NCBI GenBank assembly: GCA_965218095.1
Contig: OZ244587.1
Location: 6,286,490-6,350,489, forward strand
Length of the DNA stretch: 64,000 nucleotides
Origin: Candidatus Poribacteria bacterium
Lineage (GTDB): Bacteria; Poribacteria; WGA-4E; PCPOR2b
Direction of reading: 5' to 3'
In this document: one piece after another, positions 1 through 10,208 of the stretch
Numbering within the stretch: the stretch's first letter is position 1
Layout of the letters: the number at the start of each line of letters is the position of its first letter
Translations under genes and position numbers: made by a program
The notes under the pieces: model-generated
Database searches by the model: none
What the model saw: only the letters and a program-made list of their open reading frames with translations
What the model was told of the DNA's origin: nothing

Positions 1-171
1 GTGGTAGTTACAGGGACCAATCTCGATCCATGTGTTGGCAACACCGATGATCGGCTTATCCAGATCTTCTGGCTTGAGTCCGTCCTCACCAAACATCAGC
101 ATCGCTCGCGCCGCCGCCCGATCTGGTCCATCTGTAATCGCATAGCTCTGGCGTTTGAGTTCATTTCTCAT
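1..171 (-). CDS. ilvD: Dihydroxy-acid dehydratase, 5' part (runs off window start)
   Basis: Manual translation from ATG 171: MRNELKRQSYAITDGPDRAAARAMLMFGEDGLKPEDLDKPIIGVANTWIEIGPCNYH, the typical IlvD N-terminus with KPIIG and PCN motifs; absent from the ORF track. Confidence 0.9.
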   Translation of the reverse strand, partial: MRNELKRQSYAITDGPDRAAARAMLMFGEDGLKPEDLDKPIIGVANTWIEIGPCNYH

Positions 172-200
172 ATTTTGCTGTATCTCCAATTATGTGTATT

Positions 201-741
201 TCAGTCAATCATACTCAACAAAATCCCTAAAATTTTATCCACATCACCAAGATAATATTCCCCTATGTCAACATAGACGATTTGATCTTCAAGTTTCAGA
301 AATTTCCAAACGTTTCCTGTTGTGACAACACCATAGATTGTAGAAATCCCTTTTTCCCCCTGTTCATTGAACAATTTTGCGGCAACCATTTCCGCGACAC
401 ATCGCCCAATTTCTCTAATGATATTTTTCATTTTTGGCTTCGGCAACAACAATCACCGGTGCTTTGATAAAGAGCTGCTCTGGCGATCGGCTGATGATAA
501 AATCGCACACCCCGGTCAACCCTTTTTCTTTGTCCACATTGAATGGACGTCCAGAAAACAGGCTAATCGAGGGTACTGCCAAGTCTCGGAATTCGAGCAG
601 AATTGGCGCAGCGATCATTTCCGATCGAGATTTTTCGGTGTTGATCGCCAGCGCCAGGGAAGACATTTCTTGCGAGCGTTTGGTCGAGCAGATCGCTGGT
701 TTTGACTCCCTCCACCGTAGAAAACAGATCGTTTGTTTCAT
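201..741 (-). pseudogene. PD-(D/E)XK-fold hypothetical protein, frameshifted near 430
   Basis: ORFs 415..741 (TEKSRSEM..GVCDFII..AEAKNE) and 201..452 (GRCVAEMVAA..YGVVTTGNVWKF) read as consecutive halves of one family; the shift lies in an A-rich run. Confidence 0.65.
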
Positions 742-873
742 CAGTTTGTAATTGAAATGCTTCCTGTGCCTCTAGTCTTGATAAAAATCCGATCGACAGT
801 TGAATATGCTTGAACCTTTCCTGGTTTCAAGAACTTTGTTGGAGACCTACTCAAGCAATACGATACCACTTTG

Positions 874-1353
874 TTATATCGGCTTCACGCGGAACAACGG
901 CTGATCAAACTCAACAGCAGTGGCGTTTTCAACGAGGATCTCAAGGATTTCACACGGAAAGCCCGGTGTAACCGGGTTAAAGATTTTCATCGCTTCAATC
1001 AAGCATAAGGTATCCTCTTCGGAGACGACCGTCCCGACCTCTACATAGAGTGGCTCTTCCGGTGATGGCGACTGATAAAACAAGCCTGGCATCGGCGATC
1101 GAATGATTTCTCCCGCTTCCTGTGGTAGCTGCACGGCTGAAGAGGACACAGAAGACTCTGTTTGCTGTATTTCCGACGAGGATACCGCATTGGTTTGATG
1201 GAGAAAGGAGGAAGGCACGAAATTACCGTCGCGCCGAACCTTCAAGGTAATTTCGCCCTCGTGCAGGTAGACCTCCATCAGATCCCGGTCCTCCATGATT
1301 TCGCAGACTTGCTGGAGCAGATCTATGGCGGATGACGATTTATTTTCGGGCAT
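874..1353 (-). CDS. accB: Acetyl-CoA carboxylase biotin carboxyl carrier protein
   Basis: EAMK biotinylation motif, SPMPG, VEFDQPLF; directly downstream of efp. Confidence 0.95.
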   Translation of the reverse strand: MPENKSSSAIDLLQQVCEIMEDRDLMEVYLHEGEITLKVRRDGNFVPSSFLHQTNAVSSSEIQQTESSVSSSAVQLPQEAGEIIRSPMPGLFYQSPSPEEPLYVEVGTVVSEEDTLCLIEAMKIFNPVTPGFPCEILEILVENATAVEFDQPLFRVKPI

Positions 1354-1356
1354 GGC

Positions 1357-1914
1357 TTAAACCCTCTCTACATACGTTCCTGTGCGGGTATCAACCTTGA
1401 TTGTCGTCCCATTTCCGACAAACAGGGGAACCTGGACAACGCCGCCTGTTTCCAATGTCGCTGGCTTTGACCCGCCGCTAGCGGTATCGCCGCGCACACC
1501 AGGGTCTGTTTCGACAATTTTGAGTTCTACAAATGTCGGCAATTCGATCGTCACTGGCGTATTCCCGTCAACTTTGACCTTAATCGTTTCTCCTTCCTTG
1601 AGAAACTTTAGCCCATCGCTAACAAGATCTTCTGATAGTGCGTGTTGCTCAAAAGTCTCGTTGTCCATAAAATGCAATAGATTTCCATCACTATACATGT
1701 ACTGCATTTCACAATCTTCAAGACGAACGGTTTCGATCGTATCTTTTGAGCGGAACGTCCGATCGATCACCGCTCCATCGGTGACCCGCTTGAGCTTGGT
1801 GCGAGCGAATGCGCCGCCTTTGCCGGGCTTGACATGTTGACAATTCACGATGATGTAAATAACGTTATTGAGCCTGATGACTAAACCATTTCGTAAATCA
1901 TTGAGCGTTGCCAT
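1357..1914 (-). CDS. efp: Translation elongation factor P
   Basis: HVKPGKGGAF, PGVRGDTASGGSKPATLETG, VPLFV, YVERV. Confidence 0.98.
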   Translation of the reverse strand: MATLNDLRNGLVIRLNNVIYIIVNCQHVKPGKGGAFARTKLKRVTDGAVIDRTFRSKDTIETVRLEDCEMQYMYSDGNLLHFMDNETFEQHALSEDLVSDGLKFLKEGETIKVKVDGNTPVTIELPTFVELKIVETDPGVRGDTASGGSKPATLETGGVVQVPLFVGNGTTIKVDTRTGTYVERV

Positions 1915-1988
1915 AAAACTCTCCTTAAATCAATTATAATTTAATAACGTGTGCAAGCCAAACAAACGCCTTCGACATCGAACGGATT

Positions 1989-2792
1989 TTACAAATCGAT
2001 GCCTGTTGCGCCTATAATGAGCATCGTTTTGGGATTTTGTACATACCCAATAATAGAAGCGTTTTTGATGACGACCGAAGAAGGCACAGATAGTTCGACC
2101 TGTCCATTGACTGCTTTGCTGAACTCAATCGTTTCAAATGCCCGCACGACGTTTTCATGTTTTAATGTACGCCCGCTATTTTCGCCGCTTCGAATATGCT
2201 GTGTAATTTCGCGCTCAACCAAAGTGACATGCAATACACTTTGCCCTGGAGCCTTGGACACCTTAAATTCAACGACCACTTTACCGGAGTCAAGCTTTGC
2301 ACGCGGTTTTAATATCACATTGACCCCGTCGTGCGAACGGGATTGCTTCAACGCTGAGTTGATTGCCGAAGTTCCTCGTCTTCGATCGGAACCCACAAAT
2401 GCTTGCGTTCCATTGACAATCATTTGTGGCGTGTAAATCCGTCCTGAATGCGTAACTTGAGCGTATCTTCTTTGACGGTTTGAATAACGGCTATCACTAA
2501 ATGGGTCCTTCCATCCAAGATAATTCCAGTAATCTACATGAAAAGCCAAGGCAAAAATCTGTTGATTTTCTTTACGGGCGCCCTGCTCGATTTCGCTGAG
2601 AAACTTCTCAGCCGGCGGACAACTGGATCACCCTTCTGATGTAAATAATTCCACGACAGCGAATGGGAGTGGCGCTCGTTGAGCGACAGAATTAGAATCG
2701 TTTCTTCCTGACAATTGAGCTTGAGCACTGCCCCACAGAATCAAAAGTAAGAGTAGGCAGGCAATTTGCGAGAACAAACCTTGAATCTTCAT
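1989..2792 (-). CDS. Exported DUF1223-family thioredoxin-fold protein, probable selenoprotein (TGA 2628-2630 = Sec, UxxC)
   Basis: Signal peptide MKIQGL..AQA; VVELFTSEG-TGA-SSCPPAE continues in frame into LAFHVDYWNYLGWKDPF and YTPQMIVNG; the family motif is ELFTSxGCSSCPPA. Confidence 0.85.
2595..2612 (-). promoter_or_regulatory. Putative bacterial SECIS hairpin
   Basis: GCUGAGA-AGUU-UCUCAGC perfect 7-bp stem; loop starts 23 nt after the UGA, with G in loop position 2 followed by U. Confidence 0.65.
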
Positions 2793-2892
2793 TGTTGCTC
2801 CCTCTTTAGTATAAATTGCTACTCTGAGCAAGGCATCTCACCAAACACGGTCACAAAGCCCTCCGCTTCGTTCAGAGTGATATTGCTTTATA

Positions 2893-3090
2893 TCATCTTC
2901 GTTGAGAACTTCGCATCCTGCGGCGGTAAACCACCAACCACATCACTATCGTGGCTGGTTCCGGGAACGAGTCCGCCGTGAAGTTGTTAAAGTTGAAGCC
3001 GCTACCACTTACATAGGAGAGAACAACCTCCTGTCCAATGGCAACTCTATTATCGGTCGAGAAGTCAAAAACGTCATCTCCAAATCTCAT
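2893..3090 (-). pseudogene. Remnant of a PEP-CTERM-type surface protein C-terminus
   Basis: ...FTADSFPEPATIVMWLVVYRRR: PEP motif, shortened hydrophobic stretch, basic tail; no N-terminal part. Confidence 0.4.
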
Positions 3091-3314
3091 TTCCTAGCTC
3101 CAGTAGGATGTTTTTTTAATTTGAAGTTGCTGCAATTACGTTAAGTTATCCTCAATTCCCTTTTTTGCTACACTATTATTTTGGCATAAAAGAGCAGTAA
3201 AGTCAAGAAGGTTAATCAATGTTTAACGGAAAAATGGAGAAATGTCTTTGGAAGCAACTCGTCCTCGATTAGATCGAAACAGCACGCAATTTGGACGACA
3301 GTCGGCAGATTGTG

Positions 3315-4367
3315 CTATTCAATCACCCCACCTCCTAAACAGATTCCACCGTCATAAAATACAGCAAATTGACCCGGCGCAATCCCCGAATCTTTAGTCG
3401 ATATTCTTACAGCCAGGAGTTTTTCATCGATGGTTTCGATCGCGCAGTCATTCAGATAGGGACCATGACGAATTTTAACATGGAGTTCATGCTTCTCAGG
3501 TTTTCCAGAAATCCAGTTTACATCGGCAACAGTAAATTGATTTCTGGCACACCAATCGTGGTAATCCTTATGAGAAACATAAACGATGCTATTTCCCGTG
3601 TCCTTCTTGACCACATACCACGGACCACCGCTTAATCCTAACCCCTGACGCTGACCAATGGTATAGAACCAAAATCCGCGGTGTTGTCCAAGGACAGCCC
3701 CGGATTCCAGTTCGATAATATCTCCTATCTTTTCGCCCAGATGAAATTTGACGAAATCCGGGTGTTTTATTTTTCCCAAAAAACAGATTCCTTGACTGTC
3801 TTTACGGTCTTTATTGGGTAAATCGAACTTTTGAGCCAGCACCCTGACCTCCTTTTTCCACAGATGCCCAATGGGGAAAAGGATTCGGCTTAATTGCGCC
3901 TGGCTTAAACCCAATAAAAAGTAGGTTTGGTCTTTTACCGGATCTGGGGCTCTTTTTAAGACATATTTTCCGTTAGTTTCTTCAACTTGCGCATAATGTC
4001 CCGATGCCACTTTGTCATAACTGTCGTCGATTTTATTCAAGAACTCACCAAATTTTATGCGCTGATTACAGAAAATATCAGGACTTGGTGTACGTCCAGC
4101 CTTCAGTTCATTCAGGGCATAGGTAACGACCTTTTTATGATATTCTGATTGAAGGGAAACAATTTTTAGGGGTACACCTGCCTGTTCACAAATGGCACGG
4201 GCATACTTCAGATCTGTCTCCCACGGGCACTCACCCAGAAAGGCGAGCTCATCCTCTAACCATATTTTGAGGTAAAAAGCCGTGACATCGTGACCTTCTT
4301 CATTTTTGATTAAATGAAGCGCAACGGAGCTATCTACCCCGCCCGAAAGTAAAACAGCTATTTTCAT
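3315..4367 (-). CDS. mnmA: tRNA 2-thiouridylase MnmA
   Basis: SGGVDS, GRTPSPDIFCN, GHYA, KDQTYFL, DSQGICF, PGQFAVFY. Confidence 0.97.
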   Translation of the reverse strand: MKIAVLLSGGVDSSVALHLIKNEEGHDVTAFYLKIWLEDELAFLGECPWETDLKYARAICEQAGVPLKIVSLQSEYHKKVVTYALNELKAGRTPSPDIFCNQRIKFGEFLNKIDDSYDKVASGHYAQVEETNGKYVLKRAPDPVKDQTYFLLGLSQAQLSRILFPIGHLWKKEVRVLAQKFDLPNKDRKDSQGICFLGKIKHPDFVKFHLGEKIGDIIELESGAVLGQHRGFWFYTIGQRQGLGLSGGPWYVVKKDTGNSIVYVSHKDYHDWCARNQFTVADVNWISGKPEKHELHVKIRHGPYLNDCAIETIDEKLLAVRISTKDSGIAPGQFAVFYDGGICLGGGVIE

Positions 4368-4552
4368 GTGAATCACTTCTGAATTTTTGCACTTTGAAGG
4401 GCAGTACCAGGTGGGCAGAAATGACTGCCACTTCTCGGTTATGCCGTTAGAATCGCGGCGATTGCCCTATGTGCGCCGAGCAAGAACGATGGATACAGCA
4501 GAACGTCCACAGCGGACATGATGCGCCCTTGATCTCCGAATACATCCCAAAA

Positions 4553-5002
4553 TCACTCAGTAGATGCCGATTCCCGCAAAATGTGAATCATCGCATCCAA
4601 CGCGAGATCATAACTATACACGCCGAAACCGCCAATCACACCGACAGAGATGGGGGAAACGTAAGAGTAGCAGCGGAAGGACTCACGCGCATAGATATTG
4701 GAAAGATGGATTTCAACGACAGGAAGATGAACAGCGGACAAAGCATCTCGAATCGCGACGCTCGTATGGGTGTAAGCCGCGGGGTTGATCAGAATGCCCT
4801 CCGCCCAATCAATATTGTCGCCAATGACGGAGACAATCTCCCCTTCGTGGTTTGATTGGCAGATCTTGAGTTCAACGTCCCGTTTCGAGGCAATTTCGCG
4901 CAGGTGTAAATTGATGTCCCCCAGCGTTTGATTACCGTAAATTTCGGGTTGACGTTTACCCAAAAGTTGGAGGTTCGGCCCGTGAATCAGTAGAATCTTC
5001 AT
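4553..5002 (-). CDS. aroQ: Type II 3-dehydroquinate dehydratase
   Basis: HGPNLQLLGKRQPEIYG, QSNHEG, INPAAYTHTS, EIHLSN. Confidence 0.97.
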   Translation of the reverse strand: MKILLIHGPNLQLLGKRQPEIYGNQTLGDINLHLREIASKRDVELKICQSNHEGEIVSVIGDNIDWAEGILINPAAYTHTSVAIRDALSAVHLPVVEIHLSNIYARESFRCYSYVSPISVGVIGGFGVYSYDLALDAMIHILRESASTE

Positions 5003-5006
5003 CTTT

Positions 5007-5663
5007 TCAGTCCCCTTGAGCAAAGTCTTTCGGCTTGAATTTAGAATCGTTCATGATTCTTACCATCCTATCATCCCCCAAACCAACAACGAACAGCCTG
5101 TGTTGGTAGGCAAATCGATCCGCCCCTTCATCGAAACTCACTCCTGCCACAGCGGCATAGATCTGTTTTCCTTTATATTCCGGGAAGAATTCCTCAGATC
5201 GCTTGAGTTCATCAAAGAAATCACGAACATCATCAATTTTTAAGGTGGTTTTGACTTCGATAACAACAACGGCATCATCGTTTTTCAAGAGAAGATCGAC
5301 TTCCATCTGCGTACCGTTACGTGGCTGTTTCATTCTCGGACAGCTTCCTGTCACCCCTATTCCTCTTTCCTGAAAAATCCTTACACTACCTGGTTCAACC
5401 AACGCCTCAATCAGTTTTCCCCATTGACTTGTAAAGAGATCAGCAAGCTCCCTGATTTTTTGATCGGTCTCTTTAAAGAGTTCTCGAAGCTTCTGGAAAC
5501 CCACAACCATTTCCTGATGAAGTAGATTCATCCTTTCATCTCTTTCCCGGAGCTCTTTGGCGAGTCTCTCGTCTGTCTCCCGAAACAATTTCCGAATTTC
5601 ATCAAATGATTGTTGTACATCTTGCTGCATGATAGCTATACTCTCCTGAACCTTGGTTGACAT
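5007..5663 (-). CDS. Coiled-coil plus PD-(D/E)XK nuclease-like protein (DUF3782-like)
   Basis: ETD-repeat coiled coil, WGKLIEALV, EVDLL..VVIEVK motif, AVAGV. Confidence 0.7.
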   Translation of the reverse strand: MSTKVQESIAIMQQDVQQSFDEIRKLFRETDERLAKELRERDERMNLLHQEMVVGFQKLRELFKETDQKIRELADLFTSQWGKLIEALVEPGSVRIFQERGIGVTGSCPRMKQPRNGTQMEVDLLLKNDDAVVVIEVKTTLKIDDVRDFFDELKRSEEFFPEYKGKQIYAAVAGVSFDEGADRFAYQHRLFVVGLGDDRMVRIMNDSKFKPKDFAQGD

Positions 5664-5718
5664 TTACTGTCCTCAAACTACTCGCTTGATGCTCGCGTCG
5701 CTTGGATCTACTTCAACT

Positions 5719-6813
5719 TTAGACACTTTTCATGCACCGCGAAATCGCTTTGGTGATTGTTGCATCGGCCACATCGTCGAGGATAACCACTTCACCGATC
5801 CGTGTCGGCAGGATGAGCTGTAACTTCCCGCCCTTTGCCTTCTTGTCGAGGAACATTGTGTCAATGAGTTCCACAGATTGAATCTCTGGCGGAAAATGCA
5901 CAGGGAGCGGCACACGTTGCAAGAGATTTCTTTGCCGTTCCCAATCCGCTGCATCTAGCATGCCCAAATTGACAGCGAGTTGCGCGGCACAGTTCATGCC
6001 GATTGCAACCGCTTCACCGTGTCGGTAGGTGTTGTAATCCGTCAACGTTTCGAGCGCATGACCGAAGGTATGCCCATAGTTCAGTGTCGCCCGTAGTCCG
6101 CTATCTTTCTCATCACTCGCCACGACACGCGCTTTGTCCGCACACGATTGCGCAACAATATCAATTAGGATCGACGCCTCCAAATCAAGGATTTCCTCAA
6201 GATTTGCCTCTATCTGCTCGAACAACGGGGCATCCATAATTACGCCGTGCTTGATAATTTCGACGAGTCCCGACCGAATTTCAGGCGGCGGCAATGTCTG
6301 CAAAGTCGTTACATCAATGAGAACTAATCTGGGTTGATGAAACGCACCGATAAGGTTTTTGCCCTTCGGGTGATTGATCGCCGTTTTGCCGCCAACGCTG
6401 GCATCGACCTGAGCCTGTAACGTCGTTGGGACCTGAACATACGAGATGCCGCGCATATACGTTGCAGCGACGAAGCCGGCGAGGTCTCCAATGACCCCGC
6501 CGCCCAGTGCGATCAGGGTTGAAGCCCTATCCATGCGATAGTCGATTAGTTGATCATGCAGTTTGGCAAACCACTCGAAGGACTTATGTTCCTCACCAGC
6601 AGGAACTTCAACGATACGTGGATCAAATCCAGCCTTCGATAAGCTGCCCAACACCGTTCCACCGTAGCGTTTGCTCACAAATGTGTCGGCAACAATAATC
6701 ACCCTCGGCGATTTTGCTTTCGGCTTTAATAATCCTCCAAGCTGATTCAGGAGACCTTGATCGACAATGATCGGATAGCTATTTTCGCCAAGTTCAACGT
6801 GAATGGATCGCAT
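5719..6813 (-). CDS. aroB: 3-dehydroquinate synthase
   Basis: GGGVIGDLAGFVAATYMRG, VPTTLQAQVDASVGGKT, LNYGHTFGHA, HGEAV. Confidence 0.98.
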   Translation of the reverse strand: MRSIHVELGENSYPIIVDQGLLNQLGGLLKPKAKSPRVIIVADTFVSKRYGGTVLGSLSKAGFDPRIVEVPAGEEHKSFEWFAKLHDQLIDYRMDRASTLIALGGGVIGDLAGFVAATYMRGISYVQVPTTLQAQVDASVGGKTAINHPKGKNLIGAFHQPRLVLIDVTTLQTLPPPEIRSGLVEIIKHGVIMDAPLFEQIEANLEEILDLEASILIDIVAQSCADKARVVASDEKDSGLRATLNYGHTFGHALETLTDYNTYRHGEAVAIGMNCAAQLAVNLGMLDAADWERQRNLLQRVPLPVHFPPEIQSVELIDTMFLDKKAKGGKLQLILPTRIGEVVILDDVADATITKAISRCMKSV

Positions 6814-7312
6814 GCCGGAATACCTCTACAATTTTATCAACGACCTCTTCAATCGATACTCCTGTTGTCGGGATGTCATAATCGGCCCGAGCGTAATATG
6901 GCGCGCGTTCTGTAAGCATCTGCTGAATCTTGCCTAACGGGTCGGGAGCTTGAAGCAGTGGACGGTGGGGTTCATGCCCAACACGTCGCCAAATCTCCTC
7001 TGGCGTCGCTGTTAAGCAGAAGACGACGCTGCTACATTTGAGCATCTCCAGATTGGATCTCCGAAGGACAACGCCGCCACCAGTTGAGATGACGTGATTG
7101 TCTAAAGCTGTCACCTTGCAAATGGCTGCACTCTCTAAATCCCGGAAGTAGGATTCATCGTGTTGAGCGAAGGTCTCAGCGATGGTCATGCCACTGTCAT
7201 GCTTGATTACAGCATCCGTATCAATCAGTGGCATCTCTAGACGTTCAGCAAGTTTCTGCCCAACCGAGGTTTTGCCCGTTCCCATGAAGCCAACCAGGAC
7301 AATGTTCGGCAC
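6794..7312 (-). CDS. aroK: Shikimate kinase (GTG start 7312)
   Basis: GFMGTGKT, DTD, STGGG, RPLL; G-rich SD upstream of the GTG. Confidence 0.95.
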   Translation of the reverse strand: MPNIVLVGFMGTGKTSVGQKLAERLEMPLIDTDAVIKHDSGMTIAETFAQHDESYFRDLESAAICKVTALDNHVISTGGGVVLRRSNLEMLKCSSVVFCLTATPEEIWRRVGHEPHRPLLQAPDPLGKIQQMLTERAPYYARADYDIPTTGVSIEEVVDKIVEVFRHAIHSR

Positions 7313-7584
7313 GTATTCCCCCCTCCCCTGCAAGGGTATTAAGTATACACTTGTTGCGGGAGATTGTAAAGCATTTTCCTCGCTTTTCGTTACTCTATAG
7401 GAGCAGATAGTGTGTCTACCTGAATTTGAGGCAATCGGAGGCACCCCTGAAATCGACTCCCTCCGTTCAAAGGCGTATGAACGCGATTGGTTGGTGTGAG
7501 TGAGCACAAAAGCATACTCAGGAGTCAGAATTACATCCCCAGGCAAGGCCTTTGCCGGCAGATTGGTAAAAAGATACAGCCAAG

Positions 7585-8169
7585 CTAACTCGCCGTTTGA
7601 TGCGCGGCGAGCCTCATCTGATTAGGAACGCTCTCCTTGATTAGCTTGACGAGCTCTTCGCCGTGTGTTTGCACATTCACACTACGATCAATCGCACGGA
7701 TATATCCTACCTTGTCGATGACGAATGTCACACGGCTAGAAGCCTGGATTTCTTCCCTGATACCGCTATAGATTTTGCTGACAGCGAATTCTGTGTCGGC
7801 GAGCAGTGGAAAGCCAAATTGTTCTTGCTCTTGAAACTTCTTATGTGATGCCTCGTCATCAACACTAACGCCCAAAACAACCGTGTCAGTGGCTTGAATC
7901 TGGCTCAACTCATCCCGGAGTGAACGGAGTTCTGCCGTTCAGCCACGGGTGAAGTCTTTGGGGTAAAATGCTAGGACGACATTCTTCTGGCCGAGGTAAT
8001 CGCGCAGGCTATGTTCGACGTGGTTTCCATCGTTCAGTGTGAAATCTGGCGCCGCCATGCCAACTTTCAGTGATTTGAAGACTCCCATCTGTTTCCCCTT
8101 CGCGCTTATGGCGCTGATAGTCGTAAGTGTAACAGCAATCATGATCAATAACATTGAAACGCGTAACAT
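7585..8169 (-). CDS. Exported peroxiredoxin (BCP/AhpE-like), probable selenoprotein (TGA 7939-7941 = peroxidatic Sec)
   Basis: Signal peptide, APDFTL, FYPKDFTRG-TGA-TAELRSLRD in frame into VLGVSVD..FPLLAD..RVTFVIDK; the TGA is at the C of PxxxTxxC. Confidence 0.9.
7903..7925 (-). promoter_or_regulatory. Putative bacterial SECIS hairpin
   Basis: GUUCACUC-CGGGAU-GAGUUGAGC 8-bp stem with one bulged U; loop starts 22 nt after the UGA, with G in loop position 2. Confidence 0.6.
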
Positions 8170-8193
8170 TGTGTGTCTCCTCCAATCTACCTG

Positions 8194-8742
8194 TCATCTG
8201 TTCCCGCCGGTTGAATTTTGCCTTCTTCCCCCAGTTTCGTGCCGATCTTCATCGTTTTCGTTTCCAGGAAACCAAATAGCCTGTAACGTTCCGTTGCGGT
8301 GACCGTAAATTGCAGCGGCATATCCCCATAATAGGTCCTTAAAGTCAGTGTTGACGAAGAAGCGGTAAGTAACCATCTCATGCTTATCTACGGCAATCTT
8401 AGCGAATTGGGGATGCCTTCGTTGCAGATTATTTCCGTCGACCACACCGATTAGCAGCACGCCACTTTGATTATTTTTCACTTTCACTGAAACTGTTTCC
8501 GCATCTGCTGAACCGATATTTTTTATCGAAAATCTGAGATAGAAATCTTCGTTGAGCGGATTTGACCATTCGGTGAACGAGAGCGATCCAAAGCCGTAAA
8601 ATTCACCAGGATCAACGTGGATGTATTTGGAATATTCCGTAAAAGATTGCCATTTGGCTGCGTCAAAGCCATCTGCAAGCACAGTGCTACCGGCCATCAT
8701 GATTGCAGCAGCAACCATAATTAAACAAGTTCTTGCATGCAT
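8194..8742 (-). CDS. Secreted hypothetical protein
   Basis: Signal-peptide-like N-terminus (MHARTCLIMVAAAIMMAGSTVLA), about 182 aa, co-oriented with neighbours. Confidence 0.55.
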   Translation of the reverse strand: MHARTCLIMVAAAIMMAGSTVLADGFDAAKWQSFTEYSKYIHVDPGEFYGFGSLSFTEWSNPLNEDFYLRFSIKNIGSADAETVSVKVKNNQSGVLLIGVVDGNNLQRRHPQFAKIAVDKHEMVTYRFFVNTDFKDLLWGYAAAIYGHRNGTLQAIWFPGNENDEDRHETGGRRQNSTGGNR

Positions 8743-9030
8743 GTTTTCGTTATCCTTTTGTGGCGACGAATGACACACGATATGGAAGATCATTCATCGT
8801 TGCCATACCTCTTTCCCATATAAGCTTTTTGTGGTATTGACTCATCTCCTCCCTGTTGTTCTGCATTTTGCTTCGTTCAACCTCCTGTCTCTGGGCGTTC
8901 ACCGGCGTCGGGTATTGTGTCATTTCCAATGTTCTATGACGGCACAACTTGATAGTCAATCTACTTTCTGGAATTATACCAATCTCCACCGCAACCGTCA
9001 AGATCAGATTTACGCTGGAATACTTCATTA

Positions 9031-9136
9031 TGTCATTCTGAGGCCCCTTCGCTTCGCTCAAGAGCCCAATAGATTAGGATTTCGCTGCGTCAACCTGTCC
9101 TGAACGTAGCGAAAGAAAAAACTTCAGGAAGAATCT
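9031..9136. repeat. REP-like intergenic element (TGTCATTCTGAG...CTTCGCTTCGCTCA...GAAGAATCT type)
   Basis: Characteristic terminal words; a related degenerate copy lies at about 2820-2880. Confidence 0.45.
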
Positions 9137-9142
9137 TAACTC

Positions 9143-10170
9143 CTAGCTCGTTGTCCATGTAAACACAACCTTGCCACTTCGTGAGCTGTCAGCAACCTGG
9201 TAGGCTTCAGCGCCATCTGCAATGATGAACGGATGTGTTACGATTGGTGTAAACGAAAGCTTTCGTCGATCCAGGAAATTGACAAGGTCATAGGATTGCT
9301 GGAGCGGCAAGACGAAAGACCCCATCAGTGTCAATTCCCGATTGATAATCTCGGTTGGATTGATTACGCGCTCGTCATTCCCGATGCCGACAAAAGCAGC
9401 TTTCCCACCACGTCGGAAGCACTTCACGGCATTTATTCGACCCGATGGGCCGCCTGACGCCTCGAAGGCGAGGTCACACCCATCAGCTCCAGCGATGTCA
9501 CGGATAACATTGTGCGTATTCTCTTTCTGTGCGTTAATCCCGACGTCTGCGCCAATCTGTTTTGCCAGATTGACGCGCTCATCAATAACGTCTACGCCGA
9601 TAACGTATCCGCCCATCGCCGTTGCCAGCAGCACGCCGCTCAACCCGACAGGGCCCAGCCCAAAACCGCGAGCGTTGTGTTTCCCGACACATCGAGTTTC
9701 CGCATGGCAGAATAAGCAGTCCCGCCGGCACAGGCAATAAATGCGCCATCGGTGAAGCTCACTGACTTCGGCATGACCACACAGTTGCGCTCATCGGCGA
9801 GCATGAAATCGGCATGTGAACCGTCAATGGGACCACCGTAACCTCTGGTCTCAGGACACCACTGAAAATATCCAGCCGCACAGTGTTTGCAATGCCCACA
9901 GCCACGATAGTGGTTAATGCAAACCCGGTCGCCAACTTTAATGCGGTTCACGCCCTCACTGATTGCCTCAACCACACCACTTGGCTCATGACCGGGGATG
10001 CGATTTTCTCGTCCTTTGAAGTGCTCAGCACTGCGACGATAGATGTGCAGGTCGCTCCCGCAGATGCCCGTTGTTTTCATACGGACAAGCACTTCCCCAA
10101 AGCCCGGTTCCGGATCAGGAAAGTCTTTGACTATTGCTTTTCGATCTCCTAAAAAAACGACCCCTTTCAT
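9143..10170 (-). pseudogene. Zn-dependent alcohol dehydrogenase (MDR), one-base frameshift near 9662
   Basis: GICGSDLH, GHEPSG, CGHCKHC..C; adding one T to a T run restores VFGLGPVGLSG, so this may be an assembly error. Confidence 0.85.
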
Positions 10171-10208
10171 CGAATCTCCTTTTCAAGTTGAGAAGGTTGG
10201 TGAAACTT

